From the NCBI RefSeq assembly GCF_013177435.1, contig NZ_CP053627.1, positions 2,040,001-2,072,000 of the forward strand: a stretch of 32,000 nt of DNA, given 5' to 3'. Made by a program: the position numbers and the translations under genes. Origin of the DNA: Xylella taiwanensis (GTDB lineage: Bacteria; Pseudomonadota; Gammaproteobacteria; Xanthomonadales; Xanthomonadaceae). The notes below the pieces were generated by a model. It saw only the letters and a list, made by a program, of their open reading frames with translations, was not told where the DNA came from and made no database searches. Each line of letters begins with the position of its first letter. Position 1 is the stretch's first letter. Below, in pieces: positions 10,230 to 19,583 of the stretch.

Positions 10230-10256
10230 TTAGCACTCATCACACAAGAGTGCTAG
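10230..10256 (+). promoter_or_regulatory. CIRCE operator (HrcA binding inverted repeat)
   Basis: TTAGCACTC-ATCACACAA-GAGTGCTAG matches the CIRCE consensus TTAGCACTC-N9-GAGTGCTAA at 17 of 18 arm positions. It lies in the groES 5' leader. Confidence 0.85.
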
Positions 10257-10303
10257 CGCGCCTTATACGATCTATATCAATCAATCACTTAAAGAGGGTC
10301 TTT

Positions 10304-10591
10304 ATGAGCATCAAACCGCTTCACGACCGCATAGTGGTCAAGCCAATCGAAGCCGATGAAATTTCCCCTGGCGGCATCGTGATTCCAGACTCCGCCAAGG
10401 AAAAATCCACCAAAGGTGAAGTCGTCGCTGTCGGCACCGGAAAGCCACTAGACAACGGCAACGTCCGTACCCCATGCGTCAAAGCTGGTGACAAAGTGAT
10501 TTATGGACAATACGCGGGCAGCACCTACAAGGCTGAAGGCGTCGAATACAAAGTATTACGCGAGGACGACATCTTGGCGGTCATCAATTAA
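10304..10591 (+). CDS. groES: Co-chaperonin GroES
   Basis: '[46 protein letters not shown]' is canonical GroES. The start is the internal ATG at 10304 of track ORF 10250-10591, preceded by the AAAGAGGG RBS at 10291-10298. Confidence 0.97.
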   Translation: MSIKPLHDRIVVKPIEADEISPGGIVIPDSAKEKSTKGEVVAVGTGKPLDNGNVRTPCVKAGDKVIYGQYAGSTYKAEGVEYKVLREDDILAVIN

Positions 10592-10614
10592 TTCAACCAA
10601 GCCTGAAACCGTAA

Positions 10615-12342
<1,728 letters not shown>

Positions 12343-12373
12343 GATAATAAACTGACGTTGTATTTATCGAAAA

Positions 12374-12399
12374 AGCCCTGCTGACGCGGGGCTTTTTTT
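12374..12399 (+). terminator. groESL Rho-independent terminator
   Basis: 8-bp stem AGCCCTGC / GCGGGGCT (one G-U pair) with a 4-nt loop TGAC and a T7 run at 12393-12399. It lies 32 nt after the groEL stop. Confidence 0.8.
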
Positions 12400-13532
12400 C
12401 TTTATGCAATCCTTCACTATGCAATGGTGACACAACGATAGCTTCTCGGTACGTTGGTTATACAATTTCTTCAGTATTTCTAAGGCATTTCATGCAGCCA
12501 TCTTCTTTACTCGGAGTCCTGGCTAGCTCTGGCTAACAAGTATTTCGGATACATATTGATATACATAGAAATTCAAATGCAATTTTTCTCGCGATTCACA
12601 GATATGAAAAATATTTTTTAGGAAAGATACTTCACCTACATCCGCATCCATGCAGAAATAAATCCAGATCAGATCAGGATTACTATATTTACACCAGAGC
12701 TTAATAAAATAGAAATACTTGCTAACCGATTAAATTACAACTAAAAAGACAAATGAAATGAAATTTTTAATGGGCTTGACTATGAACCCAGTGTCATCAG
12801 CGTTTTTTTCTAATTCTACATAAATGTTTCTGGAAACAATAACTTCATGAACTTGAAAAAAACTTTTTGAACCCGACCACCACTGCTCTCAAGATTTATT
12901 TTTTCCGAAAGTACCACATAAAAAGGATGCTTGAAATGCTTAGAAAGCAAAAATATCATTGTCGTTTCCTCGTACAAACGTACACGGAAAACTCAACTCC
13001 AAACGACTACCTTTAAGGTACTGAAAATAAAAAAGAACTTAAAATAAAAAACATCAAGATTAAAAACATCTAACAAAAATATCTTACTCCGGGAGGTTTA
13101 ATTTGGAATACCAAAGACAAAGAAAAATAATATATTATTCAAATCGATCCAATTTATGCCCCCAAAATCAAAGTTCTTTCTTGAAAAGTGTGTCATTGTA
13201 TCGTGCTGTATACGCAAACATTTTCTGAGAAAATACTGCAAAAATTAAGCAGTGAGGCCATATAACCTGCATGTCATGTTAAAAATAGCTAAAACTTCCA
13301 TCAAAATTATGGGATCATCTTACATCACGAAGAGCATACACTACACTGAAAAAATTGACCGTTTCAGTCAAACAAATTAGAGTGCAATCAATATCGATAT
13401 TTTCTGAGATAGACGCATTCAACTTAATTTATAACGATAAACAACTGAGTGCTAATCTCTTTGCACCATGATGTCGCTTCAAATGTTTGCAATAGGTTCA
13501 TTTAAATGAAAAATTTTTCATTTTCTCTTTAT
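12400..13532. other. Extremely AT-rich ORF-free block
   Basis: The six-frame track has no ORF of 60 aa or more in any frame across about 1.1 kb. My hand counts of individual 60-nt lines give roughly 17-32% GC, against about 50% in the flanking groEL. It ends with a perfect 20-bp A/T palindrome, AAATGAAAAATTTTTCATTT (13504-13523), 10 nt beyond the stop of the 679-aa gene. Confidence 0.7.
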
Positions 13533-15572
13533 TCATAATAACTCCCCTTGAGCAATAAACATCCCTTGATTATGCAACCAAACACGTCCCTCCAAAACCA
13601 AAGAAACACTAAGTATCAAATCAGCACTTTCATCAGCATTAACTAGGAAGCGAATATATCGCTGAGTCCCGCGCTTAATATCCTCTCCTTGAGGTAAATC
13701 AATACGAGGTACCCAAGCCTCGGTTTTAGGAGGAGTCCCTTTCGCATGCACTTGCCAAGATAATCGCAGCGGATGCTCAGTAGGTGATACAAGCAAAGGA
13801 TACTCACTCTGATTATCTATCTTAACTTGGACTTCCCAACGTCCATCATTCAGTTTTTTTACATCTACGATTCCAAGCTTGATACGCTGTATCTGCTGGT
13901 TTGGAATTTCACGCCAATCTCTATTGGAACAATTCGGAATATCCAATGCAACGAAGTATTTGAAAATACTTATATCCAAATCCTTCCTAAGGCGCTCAGA
14001 ATAAAAACGCCGTGCTGATTCAATGCGCGAAAGAGCCTGTAAGCACATCGGTTGATTTGGATCATGAACGGAATAACCATCAGGAAAATTTCCAGAGTAT
14101 CCGTTCAACGTCTTCAATCCACGTTCCTGAGCAAGCAACATACCATCCAATTCAGTCATAAAGAATGGCTCGGATTTATTGACAGGAACAAAAATCACGG
14201 CAGAAGAATTCAAATGTGCAGGCAATTTTTCATCGATTTTTGCAGCACGCATCTTCGCTTCAGAAATATCGTAGAACCTACCTTTCACTGAAACAGATTC
14301 AATCATGAGCACTACGCATAGTAAAGCAGCCAATACAAGCCATCTTCCACCTTCTAATCGTGCTGCATCTATTCCAGAGGCAATCAGAATCGCAAGTGGA
14401 ATCATCAGTATCAAAATGATACGAGATACAGCGCGAATCGAATTAATTCCAGGAAGATCTGCAAATAAAAGGTAGAATGACTGATTTTTAATACTTAATG
14501 TAAATAATATCAATAATACCAAGGATATAATAGCAACATATACCATTGGCGATCTATTCAAAGTTAACGCAAGCACAACCAAAAGAAACACACCTAAACC
14601 CACAAACATCTGATGCTCATGACGCATAGGCAAATTCTTACCTATATGGTCACTGAGGGTATTCCATATAGTCGAAGCATCAGAAATAAAATAGCTTCGG
14701 ATACGCGGCAACATTGAAGAGATTTCATGGGAATCACGTGAAAAACTATATAATTTTGAATACAAAACATAGGGGTACATTAAAATTAATAAGCTGGCCA
14801 CCACTAAACCTAGCAATACAAAAAGGAACAAAGCATCGCGCCTATTATAATTCACCCAAGAGCCAAAACCGGAAAACCACATTAAAGGCGATGTCCTTTC
14901 AACCCAGCACTGTGCACCGACCCAGGCAAGCAACAACAATGACAAGAAATACCCAAGATAAATAGAGATATAAAACTGCAGTGCAATGGCCAAGGCACCC
15001 CACCCCAACCATAGTGGAGAACCTGACTGGCGAAAGCGCTGCCAACACAAGAGCGCCAAAGGCGCCGGAAAACAGTACATCAATTGAGCATGACCCACAT
15101 GCGCAACCGTTGGCATACCAAAAGCAAAGAAAAACGCCCCCCAGGAAGCAGCAACAACAGAATAGCCCAATTTCCGAAGCACAAGGTGCATGGATGCGAA
15201 ATTCAGAAGATAACCAGTCAAATACCAGAGATCATAAGCAACGTACCGATCGAACCCTAATATGCGATAGATCGAATAAATCCACGCAGTTCCCCAATGG
15301 TTGTCGCTGAATGCAAGGACACCAGGCATCGGATAAAAAAACCCAGGATTCAATAGCGATTCGTTACCACCACTCGCCCATCGATAAAAGTACTCAAGAA
15401 TAATGCCATTGAAACGAGCATCGCCCAGATCGCCAGGCACGCCTCGAAAGTAATTAACTTGTGTTACCAGTACTAAGAAAAAACCTAAAGCAAACAACAC
15501 AATAGGTATCAGCAGATGCCATTGCCGGAATGGCGCAGCATCCTGCTGGTAAATAGTCGTTACTTTAAGCAT
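13533..15572 (-). CDS. Large polytopic membrane protein, GT-C-like (ArnT/PMT/GtrC-type) glycosyltransferase candidate
   Basis: 679-aa ORF with about 10-12 hydrophobic helices over aa 1-430. The acidic loop 'GDLGDARFNG' follows the first TM helix directly, which is where GT-C catalytic Asp residues sit. A soluble C-terminal domain of about 240 aa follows. It is the last gene of an operon containing GT2 and GtrA. The coding call is strong. The functional call rests on architecture and context only. Confidence 0.6.
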   Translation of the reverse strand: MLKVTTIYQQDAAPFRQWHLLIPIVLFALGFFLVLVTQVNYFRGVPGDLGDARFNGIILEYFYRWASGGNESLLNPGFFYPMPGVLAFSDNHWGTAWIYSIYRILGFDRYVAYDLWYLTGYLLNFASMHLVLRKLGYSVVAASWGAFFFAFGMPTVAHVGHAQLMYCFPAPLALLCWQRFRQSGSPLWLGWGALAIALQFYISIYLGYFLSLLLLAWVGAQCWVERTSPLMWFSGFGSWVNYNRRDALFLFVLLGLVVASLLILMYPYVLYSKLYSFSRDSHEISSMLPRIRSYFISDASTIWNTLSDHIGKNLPMRHEHQMFVGLGVFLLVVLALTLNRSPMVYVAIISLVLLILFTLSIKNQSFYLLFADLPGINSIRAVSRIILILMIPLAILIASGIDAARLEGGRWLVLAALLCVVLMIESVSVKGRFYDISEAKMRAAKIDEKLPAHLNSSAVIFVPVNKSEPFFMTELDGMLLAQERGLKTLNGYSGNFPDGYSVHDPNQPMCLQALSRIESARRFYSERLRKDLDISIFKYFVALDIPNCSNRDWREIPNQQIQRIKLGIVDVKKLNDGRWEVQVKIDNQSEYPLLVSPTEHPLRLSWQVHAKGTPPKTEAWVPRIDLPQGEDIKRGTQRYIRFLVNADESADLILSVSLVLEGRVWLHNQGMFIAQGELL

Positions 15573-15594
15573 ATGGTATTTTTTAACCTGTCAT

Positions 15595-16194
15595 TTATTG
15601 ACAACGATAATCTGACTTCACCCGACTTTCACGGAAAGGATCTGTCAATGTATCTGTATAATTCCCCATCAACAACCGATGCTTGGGAAGAAGGTTTTTA
15701 CGGTAAAAACGACTGAATGAAGCCAACCGCTCACCGCGATCAGTCAGCTTAACGCAGCCGTTATGAATATAAATTGTCCCTGACTGAAGTTGCTCGGTCA
15801 AGCGAACTTCTATTAAATGATGTTCACGCATATACTCATCCGTGAATACCTGCTGCAAAGCATCTTCGCGAATACCACCACCTCGTTGCTGTAGTTTCTC
15901 GAGGATATAGAAAGAAAGCGAACGATCAAGAACTGTTGGAATCGAAATCGCAAACAAATACGCTCCAAGAAGCCATATCACCAGTAACTGAACCATTTCC
16001 AGTGGAGAGAAATTGCTGAAAAAACGAAATACCCAAAATAATAGGCCCACTAACGCAGCAGCCAGCATACCATCCAGCAGGCTCGCATAGAAAACGACAT
16101 TAACCTTAAAATAACGAATATGTACATAATAAAAAGCCAGCATTACTACGATAAAAACCAATGTAGCCAAAGCTGTCTTAAAAAACACGTTCAT
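15595..16194 (-). CDS. Small membrane protein (3 TM) with a cytoplasmic winged-helix-like tail, function unknown
   Basis: 199-aa ORF. Its start overlaps the gtrA-like stop (ATGA at 16191-16194). It has three N-terminal hydrophobic helices. The tail 'SFYILEKLQQRGGGIREDAL...RLTEQLQSGTIYIHNGCVKLTDRGERLA' has a MarR/PadR-like helix-turn-helix-plus-wing pattern, judged by eye only. Confidence 0.6.
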   Translation of the reverse strand: MNVFFKTALATLVFIVVMLAFYYVHIRYFKVNVVFYASLLDGMLAAALVGLLFWVFRFFSNFSPLEMVQLLVIWLLGAYLFAISIPTVLDRSLSFYILEKLQQRGGGIREDALQQVFTDEYMREHHLIEVRLTEQLQSGTIYIHNGCVKLTDRGERLASFSRFYRKNLLPKHRLLMGNYTDTLTDPFRESRVKSDYRCQ

Positions 16195-16598
16195 TTAAAA
16201 ACCATGAATTTGTTAGAAATAAAGCTAAACACTACCTGCACAGCAGTAGCAACCAGAAAACCCAGGGTGTAATTTAAACTGTAAACATCAGTCCAAAAAT
16301 ACAAGATGCATGTATGTATGAAAGCGATACAAACATACATTAACATAAAGAGTAATGCCTGTTTGGCCAGCTTCCCTTGTACTATACGGAAGACAAAATA
16401 ACGGTTGCCAATAAAAGACACGGTGATTCCGAACACAGCCGCGATACCATTCGCCAGTCCCGCTGAATGTAAGTCCAAGACTTCCATGTTGAATCGCAAG
16501 ATAGTGTAATGAACAGCAGTCGCAACCAGCCCATTAAGCAGATACCGAAGCAATTGACCGCGTAGTGCGCTGTTATTTCTATTACTTCCGGTAGGCAT
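16191..16598 (-). CDS. GtrA-family membrane protein (candidate lipid-linked sugar translocase)
   Basis: Four-TM protein. 'LLRYLLNGLVATAVHYTILRF' and the C-terminal 'VFSFISNKFMVFK' are typical of the GtrA family (PF04138). I place the start at the ATG at 16598 ('MPTGSNRNN...') rather than the track start at 16649, which would overlap the upstream gene by 68 nt. Confidence 0.8.
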   Translation of the reverse strand: MPTGSNRNNSALRGQLLRYLLNGLVATAVHYTILRFNMEVLDLHSAGLANGIAAVFGITVSFIGNRYFVFRIVQGKLAKQALLFMLMYVCIAFIHTCILYFWTDVYSLNYTLGFLVATAVQVVFSFISNKFMVFK

Positions 16599-17535
16599 AC
16601 AGGATCTCTTCGAGAAAATCCTTGTAAGTCTCTGGAGGCAATACACCACTACTACGGATGATTCCAGACATCATCAGAAGGAGTAACGTCAACGCCGCAG
16701 TCTGAAGAAAAACAAGCAGCAGGATACCGTTAACCAGAGAAAACCAACCGGGGGTCGCATAACCAAACATCTTCAGCAAGAGTGCCAATCCACCACCAAA
16801 GATCGAAGAACCGGCAATCACAGTGCATGCAATACCAACCCGTACCAAAACATCTTCAGCAAAAACCATCAATGCACGAAAGCCATGCAGCGCCAAACTA
16901 ACGAAATTCATCTTGCTACGCCCCGCATAACGTATGCCCCGATCAAGAGCATAGGTCGAAACGCGCAGCTTAGAATTGAGCACACACGCGGCTACATGGA
17001 TCCACAATTCTTGCATTGCAACAAGCCTGCGCACCGCCGGCATCTTAGCTACCATAAAATTGCCGAAACTGATTTTGCGCCCGCTAAGCAACGAGAACAA
17101 ACACTTGTAGATGACATAAAAGGTGCGGAACTTCCTAGTTTCTACCCGACTCTTGCGAGTGGCAACGACCACATCAATCTGCGTCGAATCCAGACTGTCA
17201 ACCAACTCAGAGATACTTTCAGGAGTATCCTCACCGTCAGAATCCATGACCACCACGTAATGCGTGTCACCGAAATGCTCAACGACATAGCTCAATCCAA
17301 TTGCAATTGCACGTTGGTGACCAACATTGCGGCGCAACTTAATCACCACCCCTTCCAATCCAGCACCACTGATAACCGCAGGATCAAGCGGTTGACGCAC
17401 GGAACCATCGTCAACAGCAACGATATAGGCACCAGTCCCCTGGTATCTGGCAAGCTCCTGCAATAACCGACTTGAAGCTTCGACGTCTTCAAAGACCGGT
17501 ATCACGATAACGAGCGGAGAGGCTAAAGCAGACAT
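16582..17535 (-). CDS. Family-2 glycosyltransferase with a C-terminal membrane anchor (GtrB/ArnC/Dpm1-like polyprenyl-phosphate glycosyltransferase)
   Basis: 'VIVIPVFEDVEAS', 'VAVDDGS' and 'VVMDSDGEDTP' are GT2 (PF00535) signatures. Two hydrophobic helices lie near the C-terminus ('VGIACTVIAGSSIFGGGLALLL', 'LVNGILLLVFLQTAALTLLLLMM'). The ATG at 17535 lies 2 nt after the uxs stop. The track start at 17547 is a GTG. Confidence 0.88.
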   Translation of the reverse strand: MSALASPLVIVIPVFEDVEASSRLLQELARYQGTGAYIVAVDDGSVRQPLDPAVISGAGLEGVVIKLRRNVGHQRAIAIGLSYVVEHFGDTHYVVVMDSDGEDTPESISELVDSLDSTQIDVVVATRKSRVETRKFRTFYVIYKCLFSLLSGRKISFGNFMVAKMPAVRRLVAMQELWIHVAACVLNSKLRVSTYALDRGIRYAGRSKMNFVSLALHGFRALMVFAEDVLVRVGIACTVIAGSSIFGGGLALLLKMFGYATPGWFSLVNGILLLVFLQTAALTLLLLMMSGIIRSSGVLPPETYKDFLEEILYAYRK

Positions 17536-17537
17536 TG

Positions 17538-18488
17538 TTAAAAACACTTGCGGAAATAGGCGATGGTTTCCTTGAGGCCGTCCTCAAGCGAGACCTTGGG
17601 TTCCCAAGCAAGTTGGGATTTAGCCAAGCTGATGTCCGGCTGACGCTGTTTTGGATCATCGGAGGGCAGCGGCTGAAACACGATTTTTGAAATGCCACCC
17701 ACCAGCTTGAGGACCATTTCAGCCAGCTGCAGCATAGTAAACTCGCTGGGGTTACCAATGTTCACTGGTCCATTAAAGTCCTTAGGACTCTCCATCATTC
17801 GCAACATGCCATCGATCAGATCATCGACATAGCAAAAACTGCGCGTTTGGGTACCATCTCCGTATATAGTGATCGGGTCACCACGCAGCGCCTGCACAAT
17901 GAAGTTACTCACCACCCGACCATCGTTAGGATGCATGCGTGGGCCATAGGTATTAAAAATGCGCATGACCTTGATCTCCAAGTTGTGCTGGCGCCAATAA
18001 TCAAAAAATAGTGTCTCCGCACAACGCTTGCCTTCGTCATAGCAGCTACGAATGCCAATCGGATTCACCCGTCCCCAATAGGTTTCGACTTGTGGATGAA
18101 CTTCTGGGTCGCCGTAGACCTCACTCGTGCTGGCCTGAAGAATCCGTGCCCCGACCCGCTTGGCCAGCCCTAACATGTTGATCGCACCATGCACACTGGT
18201 CTTGGTAGTCTGCACTGGATCATGCTGGTAATGCACCGGCGACGCGGGGCAAGCAAGATTGTAAATGCGGTCGACTTCGACATATAGCGGGAAGGTGACA
18301 TCATGGCGCATCAACTCGAACTTCGGATGACCAATCAGGTCAATAAGACTGTCCTTGGTACCCGTATAAAAATTATCAACACATAATACGTCGTGACCAG
18401 AAGTAACCAACTTTTCGCACAGATGCGATCCTAGAAAGCCGGCACCTCCAGTGACCAGCACTCTGTTGTTATTTCCAGACATACCCAC
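17538..18488 (-). CDS. uxs: UDP-glucuronate decarboxylase (UDP-xylose synthase)
   Basis: Block-for-block match to UXS enzymes: '[14 protein letters not shown]', 'VDNFYTG', '[10 protein letters not shown]', '[14 protein letters not shown]', '[10 protein letters not shown]', '[21 protein letters not shown]' and '[12 protein letters not shown]'. The start is either the GTG at 18488 or the ATG at 18482. Confidence 0.92.
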   Translation of the reverse strand: MGMSGNNNRVLVTGGAGFLGSHLCEKLVTSGHDVLCVDNFYTGTKDSLIDLIGHPKFELMRHDVTFPLYVEVDRIYNLACPASPVHYQHDPVQTTKTSVHGAINMLGLAKRVGARILQASTSEVYGDPEVHPQVETYWGRVNPIGIRSCYDEGKRCAETLFFDYWRQHNLEIKVMRIFNTYGPRMHPNDGRVVSNFIVQALRGDPITIYGDGTQTRSFCYVDDLIDGMLRMMESPKDFNGPVNIGNPSEFTMLQLAEMVLKLVGGISKIVFQPLPSDDPKQRQPDISLAKSQLAWEPKVSLEDGLKETIAYFRKCF

Positions 18489-18668
18489 CTTCAGAAGAGC
18501 AATCGGATTCAGTTACGGTCCATCACACGACAAACACAAGCTATTACACATATGATTGTAATGAAGTCAAAAAACATTGTAGGAAAATATCGCGGCAATC
18601 CTGCAACTTGACAGAACCCAAGTCTGGATTTCGCAAGACACAATGGATTCCTTTAGCCAACTAGTTCA

Positions 18669-19583
18669 TCAAGGAGAGGCTTCCAACATCCACTCCAATG
18701 TTTCCCTCAACGGCGGAGAACTCCAAGAGCCAATCAATTGCCGCAACAGAGAGTGATTTCCACGGAGAACCAGCACCTCATTGGCACGCATAAAAGCCGG
18801 GTTGACACGAACCCCGATTGTATGTCCAGTAATATCTCTGCACAAGTCAATAATATCGCGCAGCGAATAAGCAACACCAGAACATACGTTGACTGTTTTG
18901 CCAACCGCGTTTACGGTCTCGATCAAACGCCGATATGCCTGAACTACTGCACGCACGTCACTAAAATCACGCTGCACATCAAGATTGCCAAGTTCGATGT
19001 GTGGGGAACGACGGCAAAAATGCGCAGCAATTTTAGGGATAAGAAAGTTATCTGCCTGCCCAATCCCTGTATAGTTAAACGGACGGGTAACCACCAACGG
19101 TAGACGGTCACGCCACAGGTTAGCGGCATACTCCATAGAAAGTTTGCTGACCGAATAATCGTTGATTGGTGCCGGCACTGTAGACTCGTCAAGTACCCCT
19201 TCGGACACATTGCCATAAACGTTCGCGCTGCTGGCCAGCAGCACACAATATGGCGTTGCATCGCCGTGCGTTAAAGCAGTCAACAGGTTACGCGTACCGA
19301 TCAAATTGACATGGTAGAAATCGTTTGCAGTGCCATGCGCGACAAAAGTCAACGCAGCCAGATGGATCACGACATCCGGGCGTACATTAGCCACGCCACG
19401 GATAAGCGCGTCCAGATCACACAGATCAGCTTGCAACCAACGCACCGAATCATCTTGTATCTCAGGAAGAGACTTACCAAGCGCAATCACCTCGTAACCA
19501 TGGTTCAGAAGTTCGGCCAACATATATCGACCGGTAAAACCACTGCTACCTGTCAATAGAACACGCTTACCAGAAGAACTCAT
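18669..19583 (-). CDS. rmd: GDP-4-dehydro-6-deoxy-D-mannose reductase (Rmd-like SDR)
   Basis: 304-aa short-chain dehydrogenase/epimerase fold ('VLLTGSSGFTGRY'). 'VTRPFNYTGIGQADNFLIPKIA', 'LGNLDVQRDFSDVRAVVQAY' and 'NVCSG' are collinear with Pseudomonas Rmd. Its ATG overlaps the gmd stop (TAATG). Confidence 0.8.
   Translation of the reverse strand: MSSSGKRVLLTGSSGFTGRYMLAELLNHGYEVIALGKSLPEIQDDSVRWLQADLCDLDALIRGVANVRPDVVIHLAALTFVAHGTANDFYHVNLIGTRNLLTALTHGDATPYCVLLASSANVYGNVSEGVLDESTVPAPINDYSVSKLSMEYAANLWRDRLPLVVTRPFNYTGIGQADNFLIPKIAAHFCRRSPHIELGNLDVQRDFSDVRAVVQAYRRLIETVNAVGKTVNVCSGVAYSLRDIIDLCRDITGHTIGVRVNPAFMRANEVLVLRGNHSLLRQLIGSWSSPPLRETLEWMLEASP

Noticed and set aside
12400-13532. Checked the AT-rich block for CRISPR-like or other periodic repeats and for IS termini.
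   Set aside because: There are no recurring units of 20 nt or more at regular spacing, no terminal inverted repeats and no transposase fragments. Only homopolymer-rich A/T sequence and one 20-bp palindrome are present.
13854-13860. T7/A7 homopolymer tracts inside the 679-aa gene (13854-13860 and 15335-15341) as possible slipped-strand phase-variation switches.
   Set aside because: Seven-nt A/T runs are expected by chance in DNA this AT-rich. They are shorter than tracts that typically mediate phase variation.
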